A stretch of DNA of 64,000 nucleotides from contig OZ242260.1 of NCBI GenBank assembly GCA_965207065.1, forward strand, positions 1,376,001-1,440,000, written 5' to 3'. The DNA is from a bacterium (GTDB lineage: Bacteria; UBA8248). Shown piece after piece: positions 20,961 to 30,734 of this stretch. The translations under genes and the position numbers were made by a program. The notes beneath the pieces were generated by a model. It searched no databases and was not told where the DNA came from. It worked only from the letters and a program-made list of their open reading frames with translations. Each line of letters begins with the position of its first letter. The stretch's first letter is position 1.

Positions 20961-20982
20961 ATTGCGCGATGAGCCGTCTAGC

Positions 20983-22128
20983 TCATATGCGAGGCTTGTA
21001 GCCCTTCGGCGGCCACCAGGCGTCGAAATCCTTCGGTTCGGGAAGCCCGAGTTCCTTGGGTCCGCGCACCTTTTTGCCGATGTGCTTCTGCAGCTTGAGC
21101 AGCGTCGCAGCGCTCAGGCACTCGAGCTGCGCGGCCCGGCGATCGGCTGCCTCCCCCACGCGGACGTCGATCTGGAAGTACTTGCGCGTGGCGATTTTTC
21201 CGAAGGCCTCGGACTTCGCAGCCGCGGTCCAGACCGGCTTGATCTTGTTGAGCACGTCGACGGGCGTCTCCCGCCTCAGGGCGATGCTGTACATCCCGCC
21301 CATCGGTAACAGGGCCTTGAGCGCGGGTATGAAGTTGGCGATGTTGTAAGCCTTGCCGTAACCCGGGATCTCCAGATCCTTCGGACCCGTGTGCATGAGG
21401 TTTCTCAGTTTGCCTGCCCGCAGGAACTCGACGTGCTCGTGCACGCCGCCGCCTGCGATGTCCACCTCGCCCTGAAGACCCGCGACGGTCGCCGGTTTTC
21501 CGCCCTTGTAGGGCACGAAGCGCAATTCGATGCCCGCTGCGTCCGCGACGGTGGCGCCCACCTCGTGCCAGATGCTGCCCACGCCCGAAGTCGAGATAGT
21601 GAGCTTGCCGGATTTCTTTTTGGCAGCGGCGACCACGTCATTGAAGGTCTTGAAGGGAGAGTCGGGCCGCACCGACCAGCTCGCGAGCGAAGCCGCCGCC
21701 GCGAAGTGCTGCCAGTCCACCCACGCCGCCGAATCCGTGTATCCCATCGGCCTGACGAACTTGTTGTAGTTCCCGGCGCCCAGCCAGGTGTAGCCGTCAG
21801 CCGCCTTGTTGAGCACGTAGCGCGTGGCCACGCCTCCCACGGACCCCGGGCGGTTGATGACATTGACGGGCCAGCCGGTGGTGCGGGCCATCTCGCCGCA
21901 CAGGGTGCGGATGACGGTGTCCGTACCGCCGCCGGCGGCGTACATCACCACCCCCGTGATGGGGCGCGCGGGCCATTTCGCGGCGTCCGCCTTTCTGGAC
22001 GTGAACACCATGGGCGCCACGGCTGCGGCGCCGGCGACCCCAAGGGTCCGGATGAAGCTCCTGCGCGTAAGATCGGATGATTCGGGAATGATGATTTGGG
22101 GATGCTCATGAGACTCCTGCTTGGACAT
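20983..22128 (-). CDS. tctC: TctC/Bug substrate-binding protein with Tat signal peptide
   Basis: TRRSFI twin-arginine motif, WPARPI, AAGGGTD, ADGYT, VPYKGG; start MSKQ after GAGGAG. Confidence 0.88.
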   Translation of the reverse strand: MSKQESHEHPQIIIPESSDLTRRSFIRTLGVAGAAAVAPMVFTSRKADAAKWPARPITGVVMYAAGGGTDTVIRTLCGEMARTTGWPVNVINRPGSVGGVATRYVLNKAADGYTWLGAGNYNKFVRPMGYTDSAAWVDWQHFAAAASLASWSVRPDSPFKTFNDVVAAAKKKSGKLTISTSGVGSIWHEVGATVADAAGIELRFVPYKGGKPATVAGLQGEVDIAGGGVHEHVEFLRAGKLRNLMHTGPKDLEIPGYGKAYNIANFIPALKALLPMGGMYSIALRRETPVDVLNKIKPVWTAAAKSEAFGKIATRKYFQIDVRVGEAADRRAAQLECLSAATLLKLQKHIGKKVRGPKELGLPEPKDFDAWWPPKGYKPRI

Positions 22129-22472
22129 GATGCTCTCCTCTTGTAGAAAAAAAACGACCGCTCCAGAGTAAACGGCGGCCAACCACAAACCCGTCTGGCG
22201 TTCGTTCCATCCAGAATCTCTTCATACATTTTTTCGACTGAATACGATCCTAGCACGAAATACGGATGACGCCAAATTTTCATTGGAGACTCCCCCAAAG
22301 CCCGCCTTTCGCACGCGGAGGTTTCGTGTAGAATCGCGTCATTCGGAGAAACAGTACAGGGCCGCTCATCCAATCGTAACGCGCACAACACCTAATCGTA
22401 ATCCGGGTGTGATAAAATGCCGGGAATGCGAAAATCAGATGAATTCCATCTCACCAGAAGGAAGCGTAAACC

Positions 22473-23501
22473 ATGAGACTAGGCGTATTGACGGGGGGCG
22501 GGGACTGCCCCGGCCTGAACGCGGTCATCCGCGCGGTGACTGCTTCGAATTTTCATCGCGGGAGCCATACGCTGGGTATCCGCCGGGGCTGGCGCGGCCT
22601 GGTGGAAGGAGATTTTGTCGAAATCACGGGCCCGATGATCTCCGGCATCCTCGACAAGGGGGGGACCATTCTGGGTTCCTCGAGGACGAACCCCACCAAA
22701 GACCCGGCCATGCTCGAGAAGCTCCAGGAAAACTGGCGCGCCTCGCGCATCGACGGTCTCATCGCCATCGGGGGGGATGACACGCTGAGCGTCGCCGCCT
22801 ATCTGAGTAAAGAAGGCATGAACGTCATCAGTGTGCCCAAGACCATCGACAACGACATCGGCTTCACGGACTACTCGTTCGGCTTCCACACAGCCGTCGG
22901 CGTCATCACCGACGCCATCGACCGCCTGCGCACCACGGCGGAGGCGCACGACCGCGTCATCATCCTCGAAGTCATGGGACGCCACTCGGGATGGCTCGCC
23001 ACCTATGCGGGCATCGCCGGCGGTGCGGACCTCATCCTCGTGCCCGAGCGGCCCTTCAACATCGAAGAGGTCGTCGAGGTGCTCAAGGCGCGCTTCGCGC
23101 GCGGGCGCAACTTCGCCAACGTGGTCGTTGCCGAGGGCGCAAAGCCCGAGGGAATCGAGAACTACATCACGCGCAGCCAGGAGGTGGATGAGTTCGGGCA
23201 CGTGCAACTCGGCGGCGTCGGCGAATACCTCGCACAGGAAATCGGGGACCGCATGAACGTGGATACGCGCGCCGTCATCCTCGGGCACATCCAGCGCGGG
23301 GGTTCTCCCGTACCCTACGACAGGGTGCTGGCGACGCGCCTGGGCGTACGGGCGAGCGAACTCGCGCACGAGGGAACCTGGGGCGTGATGGCGGCGCTGC
23401 AGGGGCGCGACATCAATCCGGTGCCTTTAGAAGACGTCCTCGGCAAGGTGAACACCCTCCGGGAGGACTTCTTCGACGCCGCGGAGCTGTTCTTCGGCTA
23501 G
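22473..23501 (+). CDS. pfkA: 6-phosphofructokinase, PPi-dependent signature
   Basis: TGGGDCPGLN, GGTILGSSR, GGDDT, PKTIDND, EVMGR, LGHIQRGG. Confidence 0.92.
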   Translation: MRLGVLTGGGDCPGLNAVIRAVTASNFHRGSHTLGIRRGWRGLVEGDFVEITGPMISGILDKGGTILGSSRTNPTKDPAMLEKLQENWRASRIDGLIAIGGDDTLSVAAYLSKEGMNVISVPKTIDNDIGFTDYSFGFHTAVGVITDAIDRLRTTAEAHDRVIILEVMGRHSGWLATYAGIAGGADLILVPERPFNIEEVVEVLKARFARGRNFANVVVAEGAKPEGIENYITRSQEVDEFGHVQLGGVGEYLAQEIGDRMNVDTRAVILGHIQRGGSPVPYDRVLATRLGVRASELAHEGTWGVMAALQGRDINPVPLEDVLGKVNTLREDFFDAAELFFG

Positions 23502-23663
23502 CCGACCGGGCATCTTCGCGCAGTTGCCGTCGTGGCGTTTCGCCCGGACCCCGCATGCTCGGCAACCCATTCATTCGGAATCCGGAACAGACGCATTTCT
23601 CATCCGCCCCGATTCCGGCAACCGAATGAGTGACCGCAAACGGAGCGAAACGCCCATCCCCGC

Positions 23664-23737
23664 TTCAATCCTCCACGCGCGCCCCGGTGTCCCCGTCGAA
23701 CAGATGCGCGTTGTCCATGTCGAAAAACACCCGGATG
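23664..23737 (-). repeat. Orphan duplicate of the last 74 bp of the sugar ABC ATPase gene (left islet boundary)
   Basis: 68/74 identical to 27007-27080 by manual alignment; encodes IRVFFDMDNAHLFDGDTGARVED*. Confidence 0.9.
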
Positions 23738-24305
23738 CGCTGCTCGGCGTATTCGAGGTAGCGAACAATGGCGGTTTGTTCCGGGAGGGGGGCAATATTA
23801 TGCACTTAAGTTGGGTTCCGTAAATGCGCATGACCGTGATGCCTCACCCCATAGTTGCTTTTTGGGCCGCGACCGGACGACAATCCGTTGCATAACCCAA
23901 ATATCGCGCATTGTGCTGATATTTCGGTCGAAGCAAGATAATATCGTCTCCACAGCAAGCGTCGGTTTGCATCAGATTGACCGCAGATTTTCCTATTTCA
24001 TCAATCGTCTCGCCCGATGCAGCAAAAAGAACACCACCAAACTTGATGGGTGTGTAGCCATCGGCTTTCGCTTTTGAGACGAACGATCAACTCTTGAAAA
24101 TGAAGTATGTGCGCATCGTATAGAGGTCTCCATAACGGACGCAAGGAGCCCCCAACGGCACTTCATCTTCCTTATTACCGCCGTTGGTTTTTGAAAGTCT
24201 TCCGATTTGGCATAGTCGACGAACCGCCCAATGCGCCGGCACATCCCCCAACCACGATACCCCGGAGGGTTTGTACATAGAATAGGACTTAAAGTTGGTA
24301 TTTAT
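23738..24305 (-). pseudogene. hsdS: Type I restriction-modification specificity subunit, N-terminal half, degraded
   Basis: YKPSGVSWLGDVPAHW...LPP/PEQTAIVRYLEYAEQRIR. In-frame TGA at 24087 and 23844, a frameshift near 23790, and ATA at the expected start. Confidence 0.85.
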
Positions 24306-24375
24306 GACTTTCCTCCCACTGCTGATACTCCTTATGGGTAATCCCTTTTTCCATATGCATCCTCACCAATTTGTG

Positions 24376-25383
24376 TTATGGCTGGCCATCGCGGATGCTA
24401 TGAAACAATCGCTTAAGACGCACTCCAAGCTGTTTGGGTTGAATTAAGTCGTACTGCGGCTCGTCGAACCACGGGAACCCAACAGAGAGGAACAAAGCTG
24501 TCTTGACTGTCTCTGGGAGTTTCAGTTCGCCGAGAAATTCATCCAATTTTTTGGACATCTCGTCAATGACACCCCGTACGAACTCTTCAAAAGCCCTGGC
24601 TCGGGCAGCCATACCCTCTCGATTGTGCAGTTCTCCATTGATAGTTGCCTCATAAGCGAAAGGATCGCTACCATAACCCCCGTAGAGAGAGGTATGCCGG
24701 GACTCGGCAATCATCTCTAAGAATTCGTCCACTTTCTCTCGTAGAGAGAAAGGCTCTCCAATGGGAAGGGGATTCGCGGAATCCAATTCCTCCAGATACA
24801 AATTAAGCGGGGTTCGTGACTTGTAACGACCACGAAAAAAATGCTGGAATAGGTCCTGAAAACATTGAAGCAGATGAGGGTCGGCATCAAGCAATATCGG
24901 ACGCAACTCTTTCCATCGACTCAGATGCGTGCGCTTTCTCTTTTCGAATATCCAGCTATTGTGGCGTGTCAAACAGCCTATGATAGTGAGCGGTACAGCT
25001 GCGCTCGAGGAGTCCTCGTGAGCCTGCTGGTTGACCCAAACTCGACCAGACAACGCCAACAGGCTTTCAACAACATGATAAGCGGCCGTGTAGAGACTAA
25101 CGACCGTTGGGCCATACAGGTCATCACTAAGCGTTCGCTGTCCGGCAACAAGGAAGTTCGTACTTAACTCCAACCCGCGCAGCGCAGAGCGTAAAGCATA
25201 GAAACCGAAATAATCTGCTTGAGCACACACAATTTGCCCATCGATTTTATCGAAAGAAGGCAAGAAATTGAGTTCACCGGAATTTAACGAGAAACTCAGC
25301 CCCCGCTGACTGATGATGTTCAGCGATTTTCTGATATTCGAAATGATTAGGTCGTTCAACATGACCAAGTCCACCTTGATCAA
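24376..25383 (-). CDS. Hypothetical protein with HEPN-like features
   Basis: 335-aa ORF in AT-richer DNA; LYTAAYHVVESLLAL resembles the HEPN YYAxFH helix; SRHTSLY. Confidence 0.5.
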   Translation of the reverse strand: MIKVDLVMLNDLIISNIRKSLNIISQRGLSFSLNSGELNFLPSFDKIDGQIVCAQADYFGFYALRSALRGLELSTNFLVAGQRTLSDDLYGPTVVSLYTAAYHVVESLLALSGRVWVNQQAHEDSSSAAVPLTIIGCLTRHNSWIFEKRKRTHLSRWKELRPILLDADPHLLQCFQDLFQHFFRGRYKSRTPLNLYLEELDSANPLPIGEPFSLREKVDEFLEMIAESRHTSLYGGYGSDPFAYEATINGELHNREGMAARARAFEEFVRGVIDEMSKKLDEFLGELKLPETVKTALFLSVGFPWFDEPQYDLIQPKQLGVRLKRLFHSIRDGQP

Positions 25384-25405
25384 AACGGGATGTTCTAAGG
25401 TGTGT

Positions 25406-25530
25406 CACCTTGAGGATTCCAAGTGAGCATCAGTTTTCCCAATACCAATAATGCTGGAGATTAATCCCTCTGTCTCATGCTCCACCGCCAGAATGCCCTC
25501 CCGAATCTCCTCCGGCGTTCACATCGGCTT
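25406..25530 (-). pseudogene. hsdM: Type I R-M methyltransferase C-terminal remnant
   Basis: KPM*TPEEIREGILAVEHETEGLISSII resembles the HsdM tail PxRxLEEIxxDILALExETEGLL. Confidence 0.65.
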
Positions 25531-25565
25531 GATTTTCCACTCTTCGCAAGATTCGAAGCAGGCGA

Positions 25566-26747
25566 TCATATGACAGGCTCCGACTCGTTATCGTGGAACA
25601 GATCGATGTAGTTCTGATACCGGAACCTCCGGTGGCGTGTCCGGCCTGTGAATTCATGCAGGATGCCGCAAGCGGCCATCCGGGCGACCAGATTGTTCGC
25701 CGCCGTGTAAGTGGTTCCGGTCAGTTCTTGCACGTCGCTAACCGATACGATCGGGTATTCATAGATATGATCCAGCACCCGGTGGCCGTTGGCGGCGGCG
25801 CGGCCGAAGCCCTCGGTGATAATGTGGCGGTGTTCTTCGCGAAGAGATAGTATCCGCCTCGCCGTATCGGTCGCCTGTCCGCTCACCTCCACGACTCCGC
25901 GCAGGAAAAAGGCGAGCCACCGCTCCCACGTCCCGCTGTCGCGCACCGATTGCAGTTCGTCGTAATACTGCTGCCGGTGCTGATTGAAGAACCAGGACAG
26001 GTAGAGAACCGGTTTCTGCAACACCCCCTGCTCGCATAGCAGAAAGGTGATGAGCAGCCGCCCCACGCGGCCATTGCCATCCAGGAAAGGGTGAATCGTC
26101 TCGAACTGGGCATGGGCGAGTCCGATTTTGACCAGTAAAGGCAACTCCGTATCGGCGTGGATGAATCGCTCCAATCGCGACATGTCCTCCGCGACTTGCT
26201 GGGGTGGAGGCGGAACGAAGAGGGCCTCATGAAGCGTGCAGCCGGCGGGCCCGATCCAGTTCTGGCTGCTCCGCAACTCCCCGGGCATGAGATGAGAACC
26301 CCGCCTGCCTTGGAGAAGTTCGGCGTGAATTTCGCGGATCAGCTGGATCGAAACCGGTATTTCAGGGAGTCTTTTCAGGCCGTGGTTCATGGCCGCGACA
26401 TAGTTCAACACTTCACCTACGTCGCTCGCTCGATTCGGAGCGAATATCTTCGCTTCGGCAGCCAGCAGGTCCTGCAGCGAACTCTGCGTCCCCTCAATCT
26501 GGCTCGACAGCACGGCCTCCTTACGGACGTACATGAGAACGAACAAGTCCGGATGGGGCAGGGTCTGTATCGACCCGTCGAGACGGCCCAGGGCGCGGTC
26601 GGCCTGGGAGAGCAGCACCTGCAACTCTCCGGTAATCTCGACGGGCGGATCGGGCGGTAAGGGCGCCGGAATGAAGGCCCGGTACCCGCCCAACTGTCGA
26701 ATGTACGACCCTGCGCGGGCGGTATGCTCGTTTAAGCGCTCGGTCAT
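25566..26747 (-). CDS. Fic family protein (AMPylase) with N-terminal extension and C-terminal HTH
   Basis: Canonical HPFLDGNGRVGR and the EAVLSSQIEG inhibitory-helix motif. Confidence 0.93.
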   Translation of the reverse strand: MTERLNEHTARAGSYIRQLGGYRAFIPAPLPPDPPVEITGELQVLLSQADRALGRLDGSIQTLPHPDLFVLMYVRKEAVLSSQIEGTQSSLQDLLAAEAKIFAPNRASDVGEVLNYVAAMNHGLKRLPEIPVSIQLIREIHAELLQGRRGSHLMPGELRSSQNWIGPAGCTLHEALFVPPPPQQVAEDMSRLERFIHADTELPLLVKIGLAHAQFETIHPFLDGNGRVGRLLITFLLCEQGVLQKPVLYLSWFFNQHRQQYYDELQSVRDSGTWERWLAFFLRGVVEVSGQATDTARRILSLREEHRHIITEGFGRAAANGHRVLDHIYEYPIVSVSDVQELTGTTYTAANNLVARMAACGILHEFTGRTRHRRFRYQNYIDLFHDNESEPVI

Positions 26748-26941
26748 ATTCCTCTTTCGTTAAATATAGAAGCAAAACAAGTCCATATTGCACGTAGGCT
26801 TCAATATATGGACGCTTAACTGCCTTATGCAAGCCTGATTATAATATAAATGTCTTGAGGGTTTATATTGAAAGCTGCGTTTAATATGGAGCCGGAGCCC
26901 GCTCTTATTGATGGCTGCCTTGAATAACGGGGTTCCCACCG

Positions 26942-27006
26942 CTACCCGCCGACGATCTCCCCCAGCAGCCCTTCCGTCTCTTCCTGCAGCGCCAGGATGT
27001 CGCCCC
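26942..27006 (-). pseudogene. hsdM: Second HsdM C-terminal remnant
   Basis: RGDILALQEETEGLLGEIVGG* directly after the ABC ATPase stop codon. Confidence 0.65.
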
Positions 27007-27007
27007 T

Positions 27008-28084
27008 TCAACCCTCCACGCGCGCGCCGGTGTCGCCGTCGAACAGATGCGCGTTCTCCAAGTCGAAGAACACCCGGATGTGTTCTCCCACCCGGGCGCG
27101 GAAATGGCCTTCTTCCTTGACGGTGAGGACCTCTCCGCCCAGGTCCAGGGCGACGAAGGTGTCCGACCCCAAAGGCTCGACGAGCTCCACCCGGCCCTCG
27201 GCGGAGACGAGGCGCGCCCCGCCCTCGCGAAAGCCCATATGCTCGGGGCGGAAACCGAGGGTGTAGGCGTCTCCTTCCCGGCAGCCCTCCGGCAGGGGGA
27301 AGCGCAGGGCGCCCGCATCGAGTTCAAGACGGCCCTCCGATTGGTGTGCGCGGCCCTCGATGAAGTTCATGGCCGGGCTCCCCAGAAACCCCGCCACGAA
27401 GCGGTTGACGGGGCGGTCGTAGAGTTCGATGGGCGGCCCCACCTGCAGGATTTTCCCCAGGTCCATGACGACGATGCGGTCGCCCATCGTCATCGCCTCG
27501 GTCTGGTCGTGGGTGACGTAGATGGAGGTCGTGCCCAGGCGGCGCTGGAGCTTGCGTATCTCGGCCCGGGCGGTGACGCGGAGCTTGGCGTCGAGGTTGC
27601 TGAGCGGCTCGTCGAAGAGAAAGGCGACCGGGTCGCGCACGATGGCCCGGCAGACCGCCACGCGCTGCCGCTGGCCGCCCGAGAGCTGGCGGGGCTTGCG
27701 GTGGAGGAGGTCTTCCAGCCCCATGAGGGCGGCGGCCTCCTTGACGCGGCGGTCGATGTCGCCCGCGGAAATCCGCCGGACGCGCAGGCCGAATGCCATG
27801 TTCTCGTAGACCGTCATGTGGGGGTAGAGGGCGTAGTTCTGGAACACCATGGCCATGTTGCGGTCCTTGGCGGGAATCTCGTTCACGCGCTCGCCCGAGA
27901 CGCGTATTTCGCCGTCGGTCGGAAACTCCAGCCCGGCCACCATGCGCAGCGTCGTCGTCTTCCCGCAGCCCGAAGGCCCCACCAGGACGAGGAACTCCCC
28001 CTCGGCGACTTCCAGGTCGATGCCGTCCACGGCGCGCACGCTGCCGAAGTGCTTGCTCAGGTTCTCGATACTGACGGTGCCCAA
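27008..28084 (-). CDS. Sugar ABC transporter ATP-binding protein (MalK/UgpC type)
   Basis: GPSGCGKTT, FQNYALYPHMTV, LSGGQRQR, DEPLSNLDAKLR, TOBE tail; TTG start after GGAGG. Confidence 0.93.
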   Translation of the reverse strand: MGTVSIENLSKHFGSVRAVDGIDLEVAEGEFLVLVGPSGCGKTTTLRMVAGLEFPTDGEIRVSGERVNEIPAKDRNMAMVFQNYALYPHMTVYENMAFGLRVRRISAGDIDRRVKEAAALMGLEDLLHRKPRQLSGGQRQRVAVCRAIVRDPVAFLFDEPLSNLDAKLRVTARAEIRKLQRRLGTTSIYVTHDQTEAMTMGDRIVVMDLGKILQVGPPIELYDRPVNRFVAGFLGSPAMNFIEGRAHQSEGRLELDAGALRFPLPEGCREGDAYTLGFRPEHMGFREGGARLVSAEGRVELVEPLGSDTFVALDLGGEVLTVKEEGHFRARVGEHIRVFFDLENAHLFDGDTGARVEG

Positions 28085-28122
28085 GCCGGTTCCTCCATAG
28101 TCACGCGCCGCGCCCCGGACGC

Positions 28123-28390
28123 GGCCGTTGAAAAGCCCCTTGCGGGGGACATGGCTTTTACCCCCCTTGTCAGGGGATAAAGGCAACCCCCCCTACCCCC
28201 CCTTGTCAGGGGGGCAAGAAACAGCAAAACCCCCTCTGCCCGGGGGGCAAGAAAAAACAAAAGTCCCTCAACCGTCGACGGGCGCATCGCCTTTTTATAC
28301 CCCCCTGACAAGGGGGGGTAGGGGGGGTTGCTTTTCCGGTCGAGAGGGGCGTCCCCTCTAACCCCTGAAAAAGGGGCTTTCACAACCCCC
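28123..28390. repeat. Palindromic MITE-like element (CCCCCCTTGTCAGGGGGG family), copy 1
   Basis: ~31-bp inverted repeat at 28183-28214 / 28300-28331; outer ends GTTGAAAAGCCCC ... GGGGCTTTCACAAC. Confidence 0.8.
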
Positions 28391-28400
28391 GACACACCCA

Positions 28401-29249
28401 CTATTTCACCGCTCCGGCCGTTAGGGCGCGGATGAGGTAGCGCTGCATGAAAAAGCCCACGAGCAGGGCGGGCAGCATGATGAGCGTCGCCAGGGTGGAC
28501 ATGTCCTGCCAGAAGACCTGCATCTCGCCCATGGTCTCCGCCAGCCGGACGGGGATGGTGCGTGCGTGCACGTTCGTCAGCATGAACGCGAACATGAACT
28601 CGTTCCAGGCCAGCAGGAAGACGAAGATGGAGGTCGCGGCGATGCCTGAGGACGCGAGGGGGAAGGTCACTTTCGCCAGGGTGCGCAGCGCGCCGCAGCC
28701 GTCGAGCGCTGCGGCCTCTTCGAGTTCCTTGGGGATGCCGTCGAAAAACGCCTTCATCAGCCAGGTGCCGAAGGGGATGTTGAGGGCGGTGTAGATGAGG
28801 ATCAGGATGAGCCGCGTGTCGAGAATCTGGAGGTAGCGGAACAGCAGGTAGAGCGGCACCACCGCTGTGACGGGCGGCAGGAGGCGCGTGGCCAGCATGA
28901 AGAAGAGAAGATAGTTCGACGCCCGGAAGCGGTAGCGGGAGAACGCGTAGGCCGCAAGCGAGGAGACCAGCAGGGTGAGAAAGGTCGTCACCACCGCGAT
29001 CAGGGTGCTGTTCCAGATGAAGCGCAGCGCCGATTCGTTTCCGAAGCCCAGGAACTTCCAGTACGAGGAGAAATCCGGGCTCACGAAGAGCGTGGGCGGA
29101 ATGCTGAAGATGGCGGTCTCGTTCTTCACCGAGGTGAGCATGATCCAGACGATCGGGAACAGGCTGAACGCGAGCAGCACCAGCATCGCCCCGCGCGCCG
29201 CCGGGAAAGAGGGAATACCCGGCCCGATCTGTTCTTCGCCCCGCGCCAT
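28401..29249 (-). CDS. Carbohydrate ABC transporter permease (MalG type)
   Basis: IPKELEEAAALDG, FLLAWNEF. Confidence 0.92.
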   Translation of the reverse strand: MARGEEQIGPGIPSFPAARGAMLVLLAFSLFPIVWIMLTSVKNETAIFSIPPTLFVSPDFSSYWKFLGFGNESALRFIWNSTLIAVVTTFLTLLVSSLAAYAFSRYRFRASNYLLFFMLATRLLPPVTAVVPLYLLFRYLQILDTRLILILIYTALNIPFGTWLMKAFFDGIPKELEEAAALDGCGALRTLAKVTFPLASSGIAATSIFVFLLAWNEFMFAFMLTNVHARTIPVRLAETMGEMQVFWQDMSTLATLIMLPALLVGFFMQRYLIRALTAGAVK

Positions 29250-29252
29250 CGC

Positions 29253-30212
29253 CTAGCCGTCCCTGTCCTGGATGAGCCGCAGGTAGGCGAACGCAATCCC
29301 CGCGCCCAGCACGAGGAGGACGACCGAGGTGGCCGCCGCGTTGCCCACGTCGAAATAGCGGAAATAAATTCGCTGAATATACAGGCCGTACGGCATGGTG
29401 GACGTGCCGGGCCCTCCCTCGGTGAGTATGTAGGGAATGTCGAACACCCGCAGTTTGAAGATGGTCTGGAAAAGCAGCGCCACCACCAGCGGGGGAAGGA
29501 TGAGCGGGAAGGTGATCCGCCGGAACACCTGCACCCGGTTCGCGCCGTCCACGTGGGCGGCCTCGAACACCTCGTTGGGCAGGGCTGTGATGCCGGCCAG
29601 GAGGATCATGGTGACGAAGGGCGTCGAGCGCCAGACCTCGCAGATCACGATGGCCCAGAAGGCGGGGCCGGTCTCGGCGAGCCAGTTCACCTTCGCGATT
29701 CCCACGAGGGTGATGAGGAAGTTCACGATGCCGATGTCGCGGTCCCACATGAGCCGCCAGCCGAGGCCCACCGCGATGGGGGCGACCATGTAGGGGGTGA
29801 GGAGAAAGGACGTCATGAGCCGCCTGCCGCGCACCAGGCCGTAGAGCAGCAGCGCGCTCGCCACCCCGATGATGAACTCGAGGGCGATGGTGGCCACGGT
29901 GAAGCCCAGGCTGAAGCGGGTCACCTGCCAGAAGTCGGGGTCGAACGTGAGCAGGTGGACGTAGTTCGCGAAGCCGACGAAGGTGGAGAGGTGCGGCGTG
30001 GTGAGGCGCCATTTCCACATGGAGAGATAGATGTTGTAAAGCGAGGGATAGACCAGTATCCCGCCCAGGATGGCGAAGGCGGGCGCCATGAGCAGGTAGG
30101 GCGCCATCGTCTGCTTGCGCGCGGGGGTGAGCCACGACCTGCCGCCCCGCCGCGCTGTTTTCTGAACGGCTCCGGTATTCACGACCCTCTCCGTGCTTGC
30201 GCCTGCGGTCAC
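29253..30212 (-). CDS. Carbohydrate ABC transporter permease (MalF type)
   Basis: FVGFANY, WRSTPF, FEAAHVDGA, TEGGPG. Confidence 0.92.
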   Translation of the reverse strand: MTAGASTERVVNTGAVQKTARRGGRSWLTPARKQTMAPYLLMAPAFAILGGILVYPSLYNIYLSMWKWRLTTPHLSTFVGFANYVHLLTFDPDFWQVTRFSLGFTVATIALEFIIGVASALLLYGLVRGRRLMTSFLLTPYMVAPIAVGLGWRLMWDRDIGIVNFLITLVGIAKVNWLAETGPAFWAIVICEVWRSTPFVTMILLAGITALPNEVFEAAHVDGANRVQVFRRITFPLILPPLVVALLFQTIFKLRVFDIPYILTEGGPGTSTMPYGLYIQRIYFRYFDVGNAAATSVVLLVLGAGIAFAYLRLIQDRDG

Positions 30213-30396
30213 GTCCTGTTTTCGGCCTTGGGTGCTCTTATTTTTGGGAATTATATATTTGTGTTGACGACATTTTCTTGCCGGTCAATTCATAAAGAAT
30301 CAACCGGTTAAATTCATAATTCCCTCTCCAAAACATTCTCTCATTCTTGAGTTTTTCTCACTTTCCCCTTGAATTTTGTCACTCCAAGGAGAATTT

Positions 30397-30571
30397 CAGA
30401 ATCACTCCCCCCTTGAGGGGGAGTCGCAGAAGCCGAGCGTTTTTTGCGAAGGCTGATGCGGTGGGGGGTAAAATGCGTTTTATCGCCATTCCTAATTATA
30501 CCCCCCACCGATTCGCTTGCGGGCTTACGCCCTTAGCTCATCGACTCCCCCTCAAGGGGGGAGTGATTCTG
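30397..30571. repeat. MITE-like element with 30-bp terminal inverted repeats
   Basis: CAGAATCACTCCCCCCTTGAGGGGGAGTCG ... CGACTCCCCCTCAAGGGGGGAGTGATTCTG. Confidence 0.8.
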
Positions 30572-30591
30572 GTGTGTTCCTCACGGGGCAG

Positions 30592-30725
30592 AACCCCCCC
30601 CTACGCCCCCTTGTCAGGGGGGCAAGAATAAAACAAAAGCCCTTCGCCGGGGGGCATCGCCTTTACCCCCCCTGTCAAGGGGGGGTAGGGGGGGTTGCTC
30701 TAGCCCGGGGCTTTTCCACACCCCC
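30592..30725. repeat. Palindromic MITE-like element (CCCCCCTTGTCAGGGGGG family), copy 2
   Basis: Same inverted repeat and internal GCAAGAA...GCATCGCCTTT as 28183-28331. Confidence 0.8.
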
Positions 30726-30734
30726 CGGACGGCC

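Noticed and set aside
23844-24089. In-frame TGA codons in hsdS (and in the hsdM tail near 25520) as Sec
   Set aside because: No Cys/redox motif context. They fit CGA-to-TGA decay and come with a frameshift and truncation.
28084-28186. N-terminal extension of the ABC ATPase (MPLSPDKGG…)
   Set aside because: It is translated repeat element; the RBS-supported start is TTG at 28084.
28123-30725. CRISPR array
   Set aside because: The repeats are inverted and dispersed, with no regular repeat-spacer period and no cas genes.
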